DNA of 64,000 nt from an uncultured Thermoprotei archaeon. Its GTDB lineage: Archaea; Thermoproteota; Thermoprotei; Thermofilales; B15-G2. A model generated the notes under the pieces. That model was given only the letters and a program-made list of their open reading frames with translations. It did no database searches and was not told the origin of the DNA. The translations under genes were made by a program, and so were the position numbers. The number at the start of each line of letters is the position of its first letter. The stretch's first letter is position 1. This document shows positions 1 through 7,936 of the stretch, piece by piece. The stretch is from the NCBI GenBank assembly GCA_965367815.1, contig CBDUKN010000010.1:18193-82192 (forward strand), written 5' to 3'.

Positions 1-2
1 AT

Positions 3-956
3 AAGGGAGCTGAAATTGAGCGCAGAGTAGAAGCTTATCCCCTAGCAATAGGCTATGATCAGCTTAAGCCAGATGACTTTACTCTAACAGGAGAGTTTAC
101 TCACCCACAGGAAGAACTGCTCTGGCTAATATACAGGCTCAGGAAAAGAGACTGGCTTAGCTTCCTCCTAGAAGCGCCTCCAGACATGATTTACCGCTTT
201 GTAAAGAAGCTTGCCGCTAAAAACACTATAAATACTCTTAAAAGAAAGCTAAAACACTTGCTAGGCTCGGGAGATATATTTGTAGAAGATGCTCCGCCAT
301 TCAATACTCTTGACGCCATAATAGGGGCTGCTATGAGAGGCTGCGTTGTGCTAATCGATATACCTTATGCTACTGAAGGCGAAGAAAAGCTTTTGGCGAC
401 AGCAACAGCTAGAAGAATATTCGATACATATGAGAAGCTGAGAAAACATGCTCCCGAAGACTGGGAGAAACTCCCCTACGTACTTATAGCAGTAGAGGAA
501 GCTCACAGATACTTGTCTAAAACAAGTCTTACTTCAACAGGCGAGCTTAGAGAAAACATTTTCTCAATAATAAGTAAGAGAGGAAGAAAATACAAAGTAG
601 GCGCGCTCTACATAACGCAGATGCCCGGAGAACTCATAGAGCCCGTGATAAGACAGAGCCTCACTAAAATAATACTCCCGCTGCCCACTAAGCCAGACTA
701 CACACGCATAATAGAGTATTCGCCTTATTTAGATGAGGCTTCACAGGAAATAAAAACGCTGGATAAAGGAGAAGCACTACTAGTATCGCCTCCCTCTGGT
801 ATAAGGTTCGCTGTACCGATTAAGGTGTTCTCGTATGAGGAGCTAGTAGGAAAGAGGTTAAGTGAAGAAATAGCATCTAGGTATACTCCTGCGCGGAAAA
901 TAAGGCGATTTAAACCTCTCAAGAAAATAAACGAGGAGGCAGTAGTCTTAAGCTAA
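3..956 (+). CDS. HerA/FtsK-like (DUF87-type) ATPase, 5'-truncated by the window edge
   Basis: Frame is open from nt 3 (KGAEIERRVEAY...). Walker B 'LIAVEEAHRYL', arginine-finger region 'SKRGRKYKVG' and 'ITQMP' are typical of HerA C-terminal halves. Confidence 0.85.
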   Translation, partial: KGAEIERRVEAYPLAIGYDQLKPDDFTLTGEFTHPQEELLWLIYRLRKRDWLSFLLEAPPDMIYRFVKKLAAKNTINTLKRKLKHLLGSGDIFVEDAPPFNTLDAIIGAAMRGCVVLIDIPYATEGEEKLLATATARRIFDTYEKLRKHAPEDWEKLPYVLIAVEEAHRYLSKTSLTSTGELRENIFSIISKRGRKYKVGALYITQMPGELIEPVIRQSLTKIILPLPTKPDYTRIIEYSPYLDEASQEIKTLDKGEALLVSPPSGIRFAVPIKVFSYEELVGKRLSEEIASRYTPARKIRRFKPLKKINEEAVVLS

Positions 957-1055
957 TACCTCAAACTTCTTGAGAACTACAAACCCGGCTTTTGGAAATA
1001 GGCTGTAGAACATTTCGTAAGCCTCATTAATGTCTATTTGTAGTTACTAATAGGT

Positions 1056-1868
1056 TTGAGTATTAAGAGGGAACTTAAGTTAAAGGAGTGGAAGGAGGCT
1101 ATAAAAGAATTTGACAGAATAGTTAGCTTAATTGAAGATATATTAAGAAAGCGTGTAGACCCCTTTACGGTCGATATCTCTGAGCTTTTAGAGAAAATGC
1201 GTTTGCTTTTAGAAAAGTACGGCGATGAAGTTCTCCTAGTGGATATTGAGGCTTTATGCAAAATAGTTGACTTGATTAAGGAGCAGGAAGAATGGCTTCA
1301 AAATGAGTCTCTTGTTTTAAGTCTCGGTCCATTCTTTGCTTTAGCGAGAATAAAGCAGATGAGTGTTGAGGAAATAGCAGAGAAATTCTGCGCGTCCTGG
1401 ACTCCTATTGCTTATAGAGACCAAGCATCTATTTCTACCTTAATGAAGGCTTTAAATTACTTAGATGCACTCAAGAAATTTCCTAAAACAGTAGATTTCT
1501 CGCTTAGCAGTGAATACGAGCTCGATAGAAGTTCCTTGAATTTAGAGTTTTTAAGCGACGAAGACTTTAGAGAGAAGCTTGAGACTTTAGAGAAAAAGAT
1601 TAAAGAAGTTCTTGAAGAGAAAGAAGAAGTTGACTACTGGGATTTAGTTATCGACAGGAGTTTTGAGCGGTCTTTAGAGAACATGATTATTTTATCTCAT
1701 TTATGTAGCAGAGGAGTTGTTTCAATTAAAATAAATCCTCTTTCAGGAGAAATAAAAATAATGAAGCCTCGCAGAAAAAGTGAAAATTATTCTGTGGCAC
1801 TTGTATTTAATTACGAGACGTGGGTGAAGAAAATTGCCGAGAAAAAGAAAACTAGAGAAAAAAGTTAA
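1056..1868 (+). CDS. Kleisin (ScpA/Nse4-like) SMC-complex subunit
   Basis: N-terminal 'VDPFTVDISELLEKM' resembles the archaeal ScpA 'DPWxIDI' motif. C-terminal winged-helix-like segment 'YWDLV...MIILSHLCSRGVVSIKINPLSGEIKI'. Overlaps the downstream KITE gene. Confidence 0.65.
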   Translation: MSIKRELKLKEWKEAIKEFDRIVSLIEDILRKRVDPFTVDISELLEKMRLLLEKYGDEVLLVDIEALCKIVDLIKEQEEWLQNESLVLSLGPFFALARIKQMSVEEIAEKFCASWTPIAYRDQASISTLMKALNYLDALKKFPKTVDFSLSSEYELDRSSLNLEFLSDEDFREKLETLEKKIKEVLEEKEEVDYWDLVIDRSFERSLENMIILSHLCSRGVVSIKINPLSGEIKIMKPRRKSENYSVALVFNYETWVKKIAEKKKTREKS

Positions 1869-2388
1869 GCGCTTAATAGCGGTTCTCTTCTTGAGAAGCA
1901 GAAGCAGACCAGGCGTCAGAGGATACGAGTTAAGGAAGCTTCTAGGAGAAAACTACATGGAAGTAGTGAGAGCAGCTCAAAGAAAGCTAGAAGACTTAGG
2001 ACTCGAGATAAAAGCAGTTACCGACGACGGGAAAATACTAGATATAAGTAGCGAGGAAGATTTTAGTGAAGCTCGCTTCGTGTTAGTTGTTAGAGAAGAG
2101 CTTAAGCCCGAGGAACTTAAGAGCTGTGGCTGGAGAATAGACGATATTGCTGTGCTAGCTACAGCCATAATCTATATTCTCTCGCTCAGAGGAAAAGCTC
2201 CTAGAGAAAATATAGTGAACTTGCTTAAAGATAAAATTCCTGAATGGAGAGTGAATACAGCGTTAGATAGGTTCATTAAGGCAGGCTATCTTGAAGAAGA
2301 AAATGATTTACTCAAGCTAGGGTGGAGAACTTACGCTGAAGTCAACTTAGAGAAATTGATGACGTTATTTCGAGCTCCGAGTGAGTAG
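1834..2388 (+). CDS. KITE tandem winged-helix protein (ScpB/Nse1/Nse3-MAGE-like)
   Basis: TTG start after GGTGA at 1823-1827. WH-A 'VVRAAQRKLEDLGLEIKAV' and WH-B ending 'LDRFIKAGYL...LGWRTYAEV' resemble the MAGE/Nse3 'WGPRAxAE' and Nse1 signatures. Confidence 0.6.
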   Translation: MPRKRKLEKKVKRLIAVLFLRSRSRPGVRGYELRKLLGENYMEVVRAAQRKLEDLGLEIKAVTDDGKILDISSEEDFSEARFVLVVREELKPEELKSCGWRIDDIAVLATAIIYILSLRGKAPRENIVNLLKDKIPEWRVNTALDRFIKAGYLEEENDLLKLGWRTYAEVNLEKLMTLFRAPSE

Positions 2389-3681
2389 TTTGAGGTCTAT
2401 TAGCCATCTCCAGAGAGGCTTAACTTCTATTTCTCTATTATCTTCTAGTATTTTGTCTTCTTGACTCCAAGTAACTATTACCAGTTTTTTGCATTTAAGT
2501 TCTTTTGAAGCTTTAACAAGGGTTTTTACTTCTCTTTTCCATTGTTCTCTATCATCGTATCTCAAGTAGTATGTAACTTGTATAAGTTGTTTAACTTCAC
2601 CTTTATCTACTATAATAAAGTCTACTTCATTATCGTTAATTTTATAATAAAATATGTTTTCGTTTTCAATAAATCCTCTTTTTCTAAGCTCCATGAAAAC
2701 TAAGTTTTCTAATAATTGACCTTGCATTTCGGGAGTAATTACATTGTATACTCTAGCGAGGCCATTATCTACGACATAGATTTTTGGAATACTTTGCTCA
2801 ACTATTCTTAGCGAGTAGGAGAAGCGTCTTAAAGGGAAGGCTATGTACGCGTCGTTCATATAGTCTAAGTAGCTATAGAGAGAGTTTTTGCTTATTCTAA
2901 GTCCTAGAGATTTCATGTAGTTAGCTACCTTATTAATTGAAAAGTATCGTGCAAAACTAGTGAAAACTATTTTGAAGAATAGTTTAACAGTATCTATTCT
3001 TCTGATCTTATATCTTTCTACAATATCTCTATAGAACATTACTTCCGCGTATTCTCTTAATATTTTTTCTTTTTCTTCTCTGAGAATTACTTCAGGAAAT
3101 CCTCCATATTCTAAGTATTTTTCTGCTTCTCTTTTTATAGCTGCTTCTTCTCTTGATGAAAAATACTTGCCTAAGGGCAAATTTCTCGCTTTAAGTACTT
3201 CAGTAAAAGTAAACGGGAAAATTTCATAAACTACTGTTCTCCCCCTTAAAAGAGACGCTATTTCTTTAGATAAAAGCCTTGAAGAAGATCCAGTTATGTA
3301 AACCAGTATTCCTTCTCGTTCAACAGCTCTCTTGACAAAACGCTCCCATGAATCTACTTCTTGAATTTCATCTAGGAATAAGTATACTGGTTTTTTACCT
3401 AGAATTTCGCGAGAGACTTTAAGTAGGAGATCTAAGTCTTTTAGACTAGGAGGATATATTCTATCGTCGTCTAGAGGAAAGAAGATCGAGGGACTATCTT
3501 TCCTAATTTTTTGATATAGGTAAAGTAGGTAGAAAGTTTTGCCAGCTCTTCTAGGACCGACTATAGATATGGCTTTCCTAAAGGTGTAGTCTAGAGGCAC
3601 TTTGAGTTCTCTTTCTATAATTTCTTCTTCTTTTTCCTGAAATTCCTTTATTATTTGACCTATAGCGTATTCTTTGCTCAT
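2365..3681 (-). CDS. AAA+ ATPase (AAA_14 + DUF4143 family)
   Basis: GPRRAGKT Walker A, FLDEIQ Walker B, ITGSS, GGFPE, KIYVVDNG, C-terminal EVDFI...LIQVT. Confidence 0.92.
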   Translation of the reverse strand: MSKEYAIGQIIKEFQEKEEEIIERELKVPLDYTFRKAISIVGPRRAGKTFYLLYLYQKIRKDSPSIFFPLDDDRIYPPSLKDLDLLLKVSREILGKKPVYLFLDEIQEVDSWERFVKRAVEREGILVYITGSSSRLLSKEIASLLRGRTVVYEIFPFTFTEVLKARNLPLGKYFSSREEAAIKREAEKYLEYGGFPEVILREEKEKILREYAEVMFYRDIVERYKIRRIDTVKLFFKIVFTSFARYFSINKVANYMKSLGLRISKNSLYSYLDYMNDAYIAFPLRRFSYSLRIVEQSIPKIYVVDNGLARVYNVITPEMQGQLLENLVFMELRKRGFIENENIFYYKINDNEVDFIIVDKGEVKQLIQVTYYLRYDDREQWKREVKTLVKASKELKCKKLVIVTWSQEDKILEDNREIEVKPLWRWLIDLKLLTRSSK

Positions 3682-3687
3682 TTGTTA

Positions 3688-3729
3688 AGTATAAAGGGAA
3701 ACTTTCTATAAAATATTTCCCTCTATACT
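3688..3729. promoter_or_regulatory. Inverted repeat straddling the promoter of the DUF4143 ATPase (putative operator)
   Basis: AGTATAAAGGGAAA (3688-3701) and TTTCCCTCTATACT (3716-3729), 13/14 match. The 14-nt spacer contains a TATA-like TTTTATA on the minus strand. Confidence 0.5.
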
Positions 3730-4407
3730 GGAAACCTCAAGTTCTCTCAGCTCACCATTTTCTAAGATAAATGTTTTTTCTGCTATTGAAAATATGCGTT
3801 TTCTATGAGAAGCTATAATTATTTTTGTTTTACTAGAGATTTCTTTAAGTAAGTTAAGCACAAGAGACTCTTTTTTAGAGTCGAGGTTCGCTAAAGGCTC
3901 ATCGAGTAGCAGGTATTTAGGCTCTACTACAATAGCCCTAGCTAAAGCTACTAGCCGCGTTTCTCCAGCTGACAGTTCACGCGACTTTCTTTCTAGTAAA
4001 TGCTTTATGCCAAGTGATTCTGCAACACTCAGCACTCTTCTTTCTCTCTCGCCTGCAGAAATACCTCTAATTTTAAGCGGATACTCTATATTTCTGTACA
4101 CCGTGCCTCTGAACAAAAAGGGTTTTTCGTGAACATAGATTATCTGCCTGCGAAGCTCAAGTCTCTCTTTTTCATCTACACTCCACAAGTCTTTACCTAA
4201 TATAATGATTTTTCCTCTAGTTGGCTTAAGTAAGCCTCCCATACATTTAAGGAGAGTAGTTTTCCCGGAGCCATTAGGTCCTACAATAACTAATATCCTT
4301 TTATTAAATGTAAATGATATTCCCTTGAGAACATATTCTCTACTGTACTTGAACCAGAGGTTTTCGACGATAACTGCTTCTTTGCTGGCAGCTTCAGTTA
4401 ACTGCAT
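3706..4407 (-). CDS. tupC: Tungstate ABC transporter ATP-binding subunit
   Basis: GPNGSGKT, LSAGE, LLLDEP; last gene of the tupAB operon. Confidence 0.85.
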   Translation of the reverse strand: MQLTEAASKEAVIVENLWFKYSREYVLKGISFTFNKRILVIVGPNGSGKTTLLKCMGGLLKPTRGKIIILGKDLWSVDEKERLELRRQIIYVHEKPFLFRGTVYRNIEYPLKIRGISAGERERRVLSVAESLGIKHLLERKSRELSAGETRLVALARAIVVEPKYLLLDEPLANLDSKKESLVLNLLKEISSKTKIIIASHRKRIFSIAEKTFILENGELRELEVSSIEGNIL

Positions 4408-5040
4408 TTATTTTTCACCTATTGCTCTTATCATGATAGTTAGCAAGACTATTACTACTATGAAGACGGCTCCTAGATTTAATGCTTGCTCAAAGTTTCC
4501 TTTAACTACTTCAAGTGCAATAGCTGTGGTCATTACTCTAGTGTAGCCCCTAATATTGCCTCCGAGCATTAGTGCTACGCCGAGCTCTCCTATAGCTCTA
4601 TTAAATCCTATTAGAATAGATCTTACTAAGAGAGGAAGTCCTTCATGTAGTAAAGCAAAGTAGGCTTGACTAGAAGTTGCTCCTAAAGCAAAAGCTGTTT
4701 CAAGTACATTTTCCTTTATTCTACTCAAGCTATTTGACAAAACAGACACTATTAGCGGAGTAATTAACAGTGCTTGACCAATTGAAATAGCTAGAGGTGT
4801 GTAGAGGAGTTCTAGGAAGCCGAGAGGCCCTGATCTAGATAAAATCATGTACAGGCAAAGCCCTAGGACTACGGTAGGTATTGAGACAAGAGAATTGAAG
4901 ATATCTAGCAGTACTCGAGATAAACGGGTCTTAAAAACTGTTAGTACTAGTGCCAGCGGTATACTCCAAAGTGATGCTAGCAGTGTTGCTAGTCCAGAAA
5001 CAGTTATTGAGCGTAAAACAATAGAAACTAGTTCATTCAT
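4408..5040 (-). CDS. tupB: Tungstate ABC transporter permease
   Basis: 'IPTVVLGL', 'GPLGFLELLYTP', 'FNRAIGELGVALMLGGNIRGYTRVMTTAIAL' are TupB-type motifs. Confidence 0.9.
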   Translation of the reverse strand: MNELVSIVLRSITVSGLATLLASLWSIPLALVLTVFKTRLSRVLLDIFNSLVSIPTVVLGLCLYMILSRSGPLGFLELLYTPLAISIGQALLITPLIVSVLSNSLSRIKENVLETAFALGATSSQAYFALLHEGLPLLVRSILIGFNRAIGELGVALMLGGNIRGYTRVMTTAIALEVVKGNFEQALNLGAVFIVVIVLLTIMIRAIGEK

Positions 5041-5929
5041 AGCTCCCTTCCGCTAATAGCTCCCAGGCTTTCTCTAAATAGCTTAGCGGCTTCGATGAAA
5101 TAGGGTAGAAAAGCGGTATCCCGTAGTCTTTTACACCGTAGTTAGCTATCAGCTTCTGTGCTTTGCTCGATTTAAGGAATTCTATGAAAAGAGAAGCTTC
5201 CTTCAGCTTGCTAGATCCTTTAACTAGGTATGCGCTGTAAATATTGAAGAGTATAGTGTCTCCTGAAGCAAGTATTTTAAGTTCTTTTAGCTGCTTTTGA
5301 AACTTAAGGAAAGTACCTATATCCGATAAAGTATAAGCTTTCTTTTCATTAGCTATCATTAGTGTCTCACTCATACCAGTACCCGACTCAATGTACCATT
5401 TTCTTCCATGGGGGTCTAGGCCCGCTTTTTTCCATATTATGAGTTCTCTGACATGAGTTCCCGAGAGATCTCCTCTAGAAACAAATAGTGCTTTGCCTTT
5501 TTCGCCGGCTTCAAAAATTCTCTTAAAGGCTTCCACTGGATCTAGTCCAGCTATGTGGGCTGGATCGTCTTTAGGCCCTACTATTACGAAAAAGTTGTAG
5601 GCGAAAATTGTTCTGTTGAATATAACTCCTTTCTCAATGTACTTTTTCTCCAAGTTTGGAGCGTGGACTAGAACTAAGTCAGCGTCACCTTTCTCGGCTC
5701 TCTTCAAGGCTTCTCCACTGCCCACTGCGACAAAATTCAGCACTATATTTGAGTGTTTTTCCTGAAACTTCTCTGCCAGAGCGTCTAATAGTCCGGTAGC
5801 GTAGAGACTTGTTGTGGTTGAGACTATTACAACTGTTTTTCTCGATAAGTAGAAGTACTTGTAGAACATGTATGTGGCTAAAATGGCTACAATTACTACT
5901 GCTGCTAAGACCAGTATTTTTCTCGACAT
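5033..5929 (-). CDS. tupA: Tungstate ABC transporter substrate-binding protein
   Basis: 'STTTSLYATGLLD', 'VLVHAP', 'FVSRGDLSGTH', 'YTLSDIGTF' TupA signatures; N-terminal anchor. Likely start ATG at 5929. Confidence 0.92.
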   Translation of the reverse strand: MSRKILVLAAVVIVAILATYMFYKYFYLSRKTVVIVSTTTSLYATGLLDALAEKFQEKHSNIVLNFVAVGSGEALKRAEKGDADLVLVHAPNLEKKYIEKGVIFNRTIFAYNFFVIVGPKDDPAHIAGLDPVEAFKRIFEAGEKGKALFVSRGDLSGTHVRELIIWKKAGLDPHGRKWYIESGTGMSETLMIANEKKAYTLSDIGTFLKFQKQLKELKILASGDTILFNIYSAYLVKGSSKLKEASLFIEFLKSSKAQKLIANYGVKDYGIPLFYPISSKPLSYLEKAWELLAEGSYE

Positions 5930-5930
5930 A

Positions 5931-5954
5931 TCGTTATCCAATATCAGACAACGA
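5931..5954. promoter_or_regulatory. Candidate ModE-type operator
   Basis: TCGTTATC-N8-GACAACGA imperfect palindrome directly upstream of tupA, between the divergent tupA and modE-like genes. Resembles CGTTAT...ATAACG ModE boxes. Confidence 0.4.
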
Positions 5955-6008
5955 TATATATTATTTATTAATCCAATATGATATAAGGCTGAAACACTAT
6001 TTATAACT

Positions 6009-7088
6009 GTGGAAGTATTAAATGAGCTTCAGTTTGAAGTAGACTTAGTAGTAAAGCTTAGAGATAAAATTATAATGAATAAAAGTACTGCACTACTTTT
6101 AAAAGCTATACAAGAGAAAGGGTCTATTTTAGCGGCTTGTAGAGCGCTAAAAATACCCTATTCACGAGGGTGGGAAACAATAGCTAGACTTGAAAGAATG
6201 CTAGGACTAAAAGTAATTGAAGCTAGCAGAGGAGGAGCTAAAAGAGGAGGAGCTAGTTTAACTGAAGTAGGAGAAAAACTTCTTGAAAAGTATTTTGAAA
6301 AGTATAGAAAACTTGTAGAAAAAGAAGAAGCTATTGGCGAGGCGAAAGCACCAGACTTAGTTTTAGCAGGAAGCCATGATCCGATACTCGAAGAAATAAT
6401 AGAAAGCTTCAAGGAAAAATGCCCTGAATTAGATATTGAAGTTTCATGGATAGGTTCAGCTGGAGGACTTGCCTCACTAATGCTCGGTGAAGCAGATATT
6501 GCTGGAACACACCTCTACGATGAAGAAACAAAAACATACAACATACCCTTCCTCAAAAGATACTGGCTTGAAGACAAAGTAATAGTAATAAAAGGATTTG
6601 AAAGAAACCTCGGCTTCGTGTACCATCCTTCAGTTAAGTTCACTGGAGTAGACGACATACTAGAAGGCAAAGTTAAAGTAGTGAACAGAATACTTGGCTC
6701 GGGTACTAGAACATTCTTTGATCTACTATTAAAAAAGAAAGCATTAGAAAAAAATATAGATCCTTACTCAATACCAAAAATAGTTAAAGGCTACAATCTA
6801 GAAGTAAAAACACACTATGATGTAGCAAAAGCCATACTAGACGGAAAAGCCGAAGTAGGATTAACTCTCGAATACATCGCCGATAAATATGGTCTCAAAT
6901 ATATACCAATTCAGTGGGAGAACTATGACTTTGCAGTACACTTAAACTCGCTAAAAAAGAAATATGTTAAAAAGCTGCTAGACTATCTAAAATCATCTAA
7001 AGTGATAAATACTATCAAGGCGGCGAAAGGCTACCGACTACCATTTAATTACAGCAAAATAATCTATAAGCCCAACTTGACTGAGTGA
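6009..7088 (+). CDS. ModE-family HTH regulator fused to a PBP-like molybdate/tungstate-binding domain
   Basis: 'LLKAIQEKGSILAACRALKIPYSRGW...RGGAKRGGASLT' ModE HTH; 'AGSHD', 'GSAGGL', 'AGTHL', 'GSGTR' PBP-like domain; divergent from tupABC. Confidence 0.88.
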   Translation: MEVLNELQFEVDLVVKLRDKIIMNKSTALLLKAIQEKGSILAACRALKIPYSRGWETIARLERMLGLKVIEASRGGAKRGGASLTEVGEKLLEKYFEKYRKLVEKEEAIGEAKAPDLVLAGSHDPILEEIIESFKEKCPELDIEVSWIGSAGGLASLMLGEADIAGTHLYDEETKTYNIPFLKRYWLEDKVIVIKGFERNLGFVYHPSVKFTGVDDILEGKVKVVNRILGSGTRTFFDLLLKKKALEKNIDPYSIPKIVKGYNLEVKTHYDVAKAILDGKAEVGLTLEYIADKYGLKYIPIQWENYDFAVHLNSLKKKYVKKLLDYLKSSKVINTIKAAKGYRLPFNYSKIIYKPNLTE

Positions 7089-7159
7089 ACTAACTAAATA
7101 CTCAGCATTTAGAAACATGATGCATAGACTTATAAAAATTTATGAAGATATAAGAGTGC

Positions 7160-7475
7160 ATGGATGAGCGTTCTTTTCGTGACAAATTTAAGAGAACATT
7201 TAATATAGTATTTACATCGCATGCAATAGAAAGTTTATTAAAAAGATCGATAAAAGAAGAAACAGTGTTAAATGCGTTAGATTCGCCTGATAAAATCTTA
7301 TTGGATGTCGAAACCAAGTACTTAATATTTATAAAAGAAACTGGACTCACAGTCAATAATTGTAGTTTGTGACATAGAAGAAGAAACTTATAAAGTAGTG
7401 ACAGCATATAAATCCTCTAGAGTAGAGAAAATAGTATCAAGAAAAATTAAGAAAAAGCGGTGGGTGGAATTATGA
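7160..7475 (+). pseudogene. DUF4258-family toxin, frameshifted
   Basis: 'IVFTSHAIESLLKRSIKEETVLNALDSPD' stops at 7372. The family-typical remainder 'IIVVCDIEEETYKVVTAYKSSRVEKIVSRKIKKKRWVEL*' is in another frame from ~7355 and ends in an ATGA overlap with the next gene. Confidence 0.75.
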
Positions 7476-7702
7476 AAGTACGTTATGACAAAAAATATGA
7501 TATTCTCTACATAGATCTCTATCCAGAGAAAAAGGCTAGTGAAACAGTGCCGCTAAATGATGATATATATGCAGACGTAGATGAGAATGGAAACATAATT
7601 GGATTAGAAATTTGGAGAGCATCACAAACAATAGCAAAGCCAATCGCGGAAACAATAGTAAAAGAAATAAAGAAAGCACTTAAGCAAAGGCTCATAGAAT
7701 AA
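7472..7702 (+). CDS. DUF2283-family protein (putative antitoxin)
   Basis: 'MKVRYDKKYDILYI...DIYADVDENGNIIGLEIWRAS' is the DUF2283 pattern; ATG at 7472. Confidence 0.88.
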   Translation: MKVRYDKKYDILYIDLYPEKKASETVPLNDDIYADVDENGNIIGLEIWRASQTIAKPIAETIVKEIKKALKQRLIE

Positions 7703-7936
7703 TAGCAAAGATCTTCTGTCAAGTTTAAATTTATTTCCTTTGATATTAATCAATAAAAGAATAGCTAGCTAATAAATTGAAGACTTATTAGATTACGAAT
7801 TTTTAAGGGTCTTTAAAGGAAAGCACATAAATTGTAAGATGTTAGTGTTTTCTAAGGAGTTAGTGGTCGAAAATAGGCTATTACTTTGAGTACTTTAAGG
7901 TTAATGTTAAAGTGAGTCTAAGTGTATTAGTTAGTA

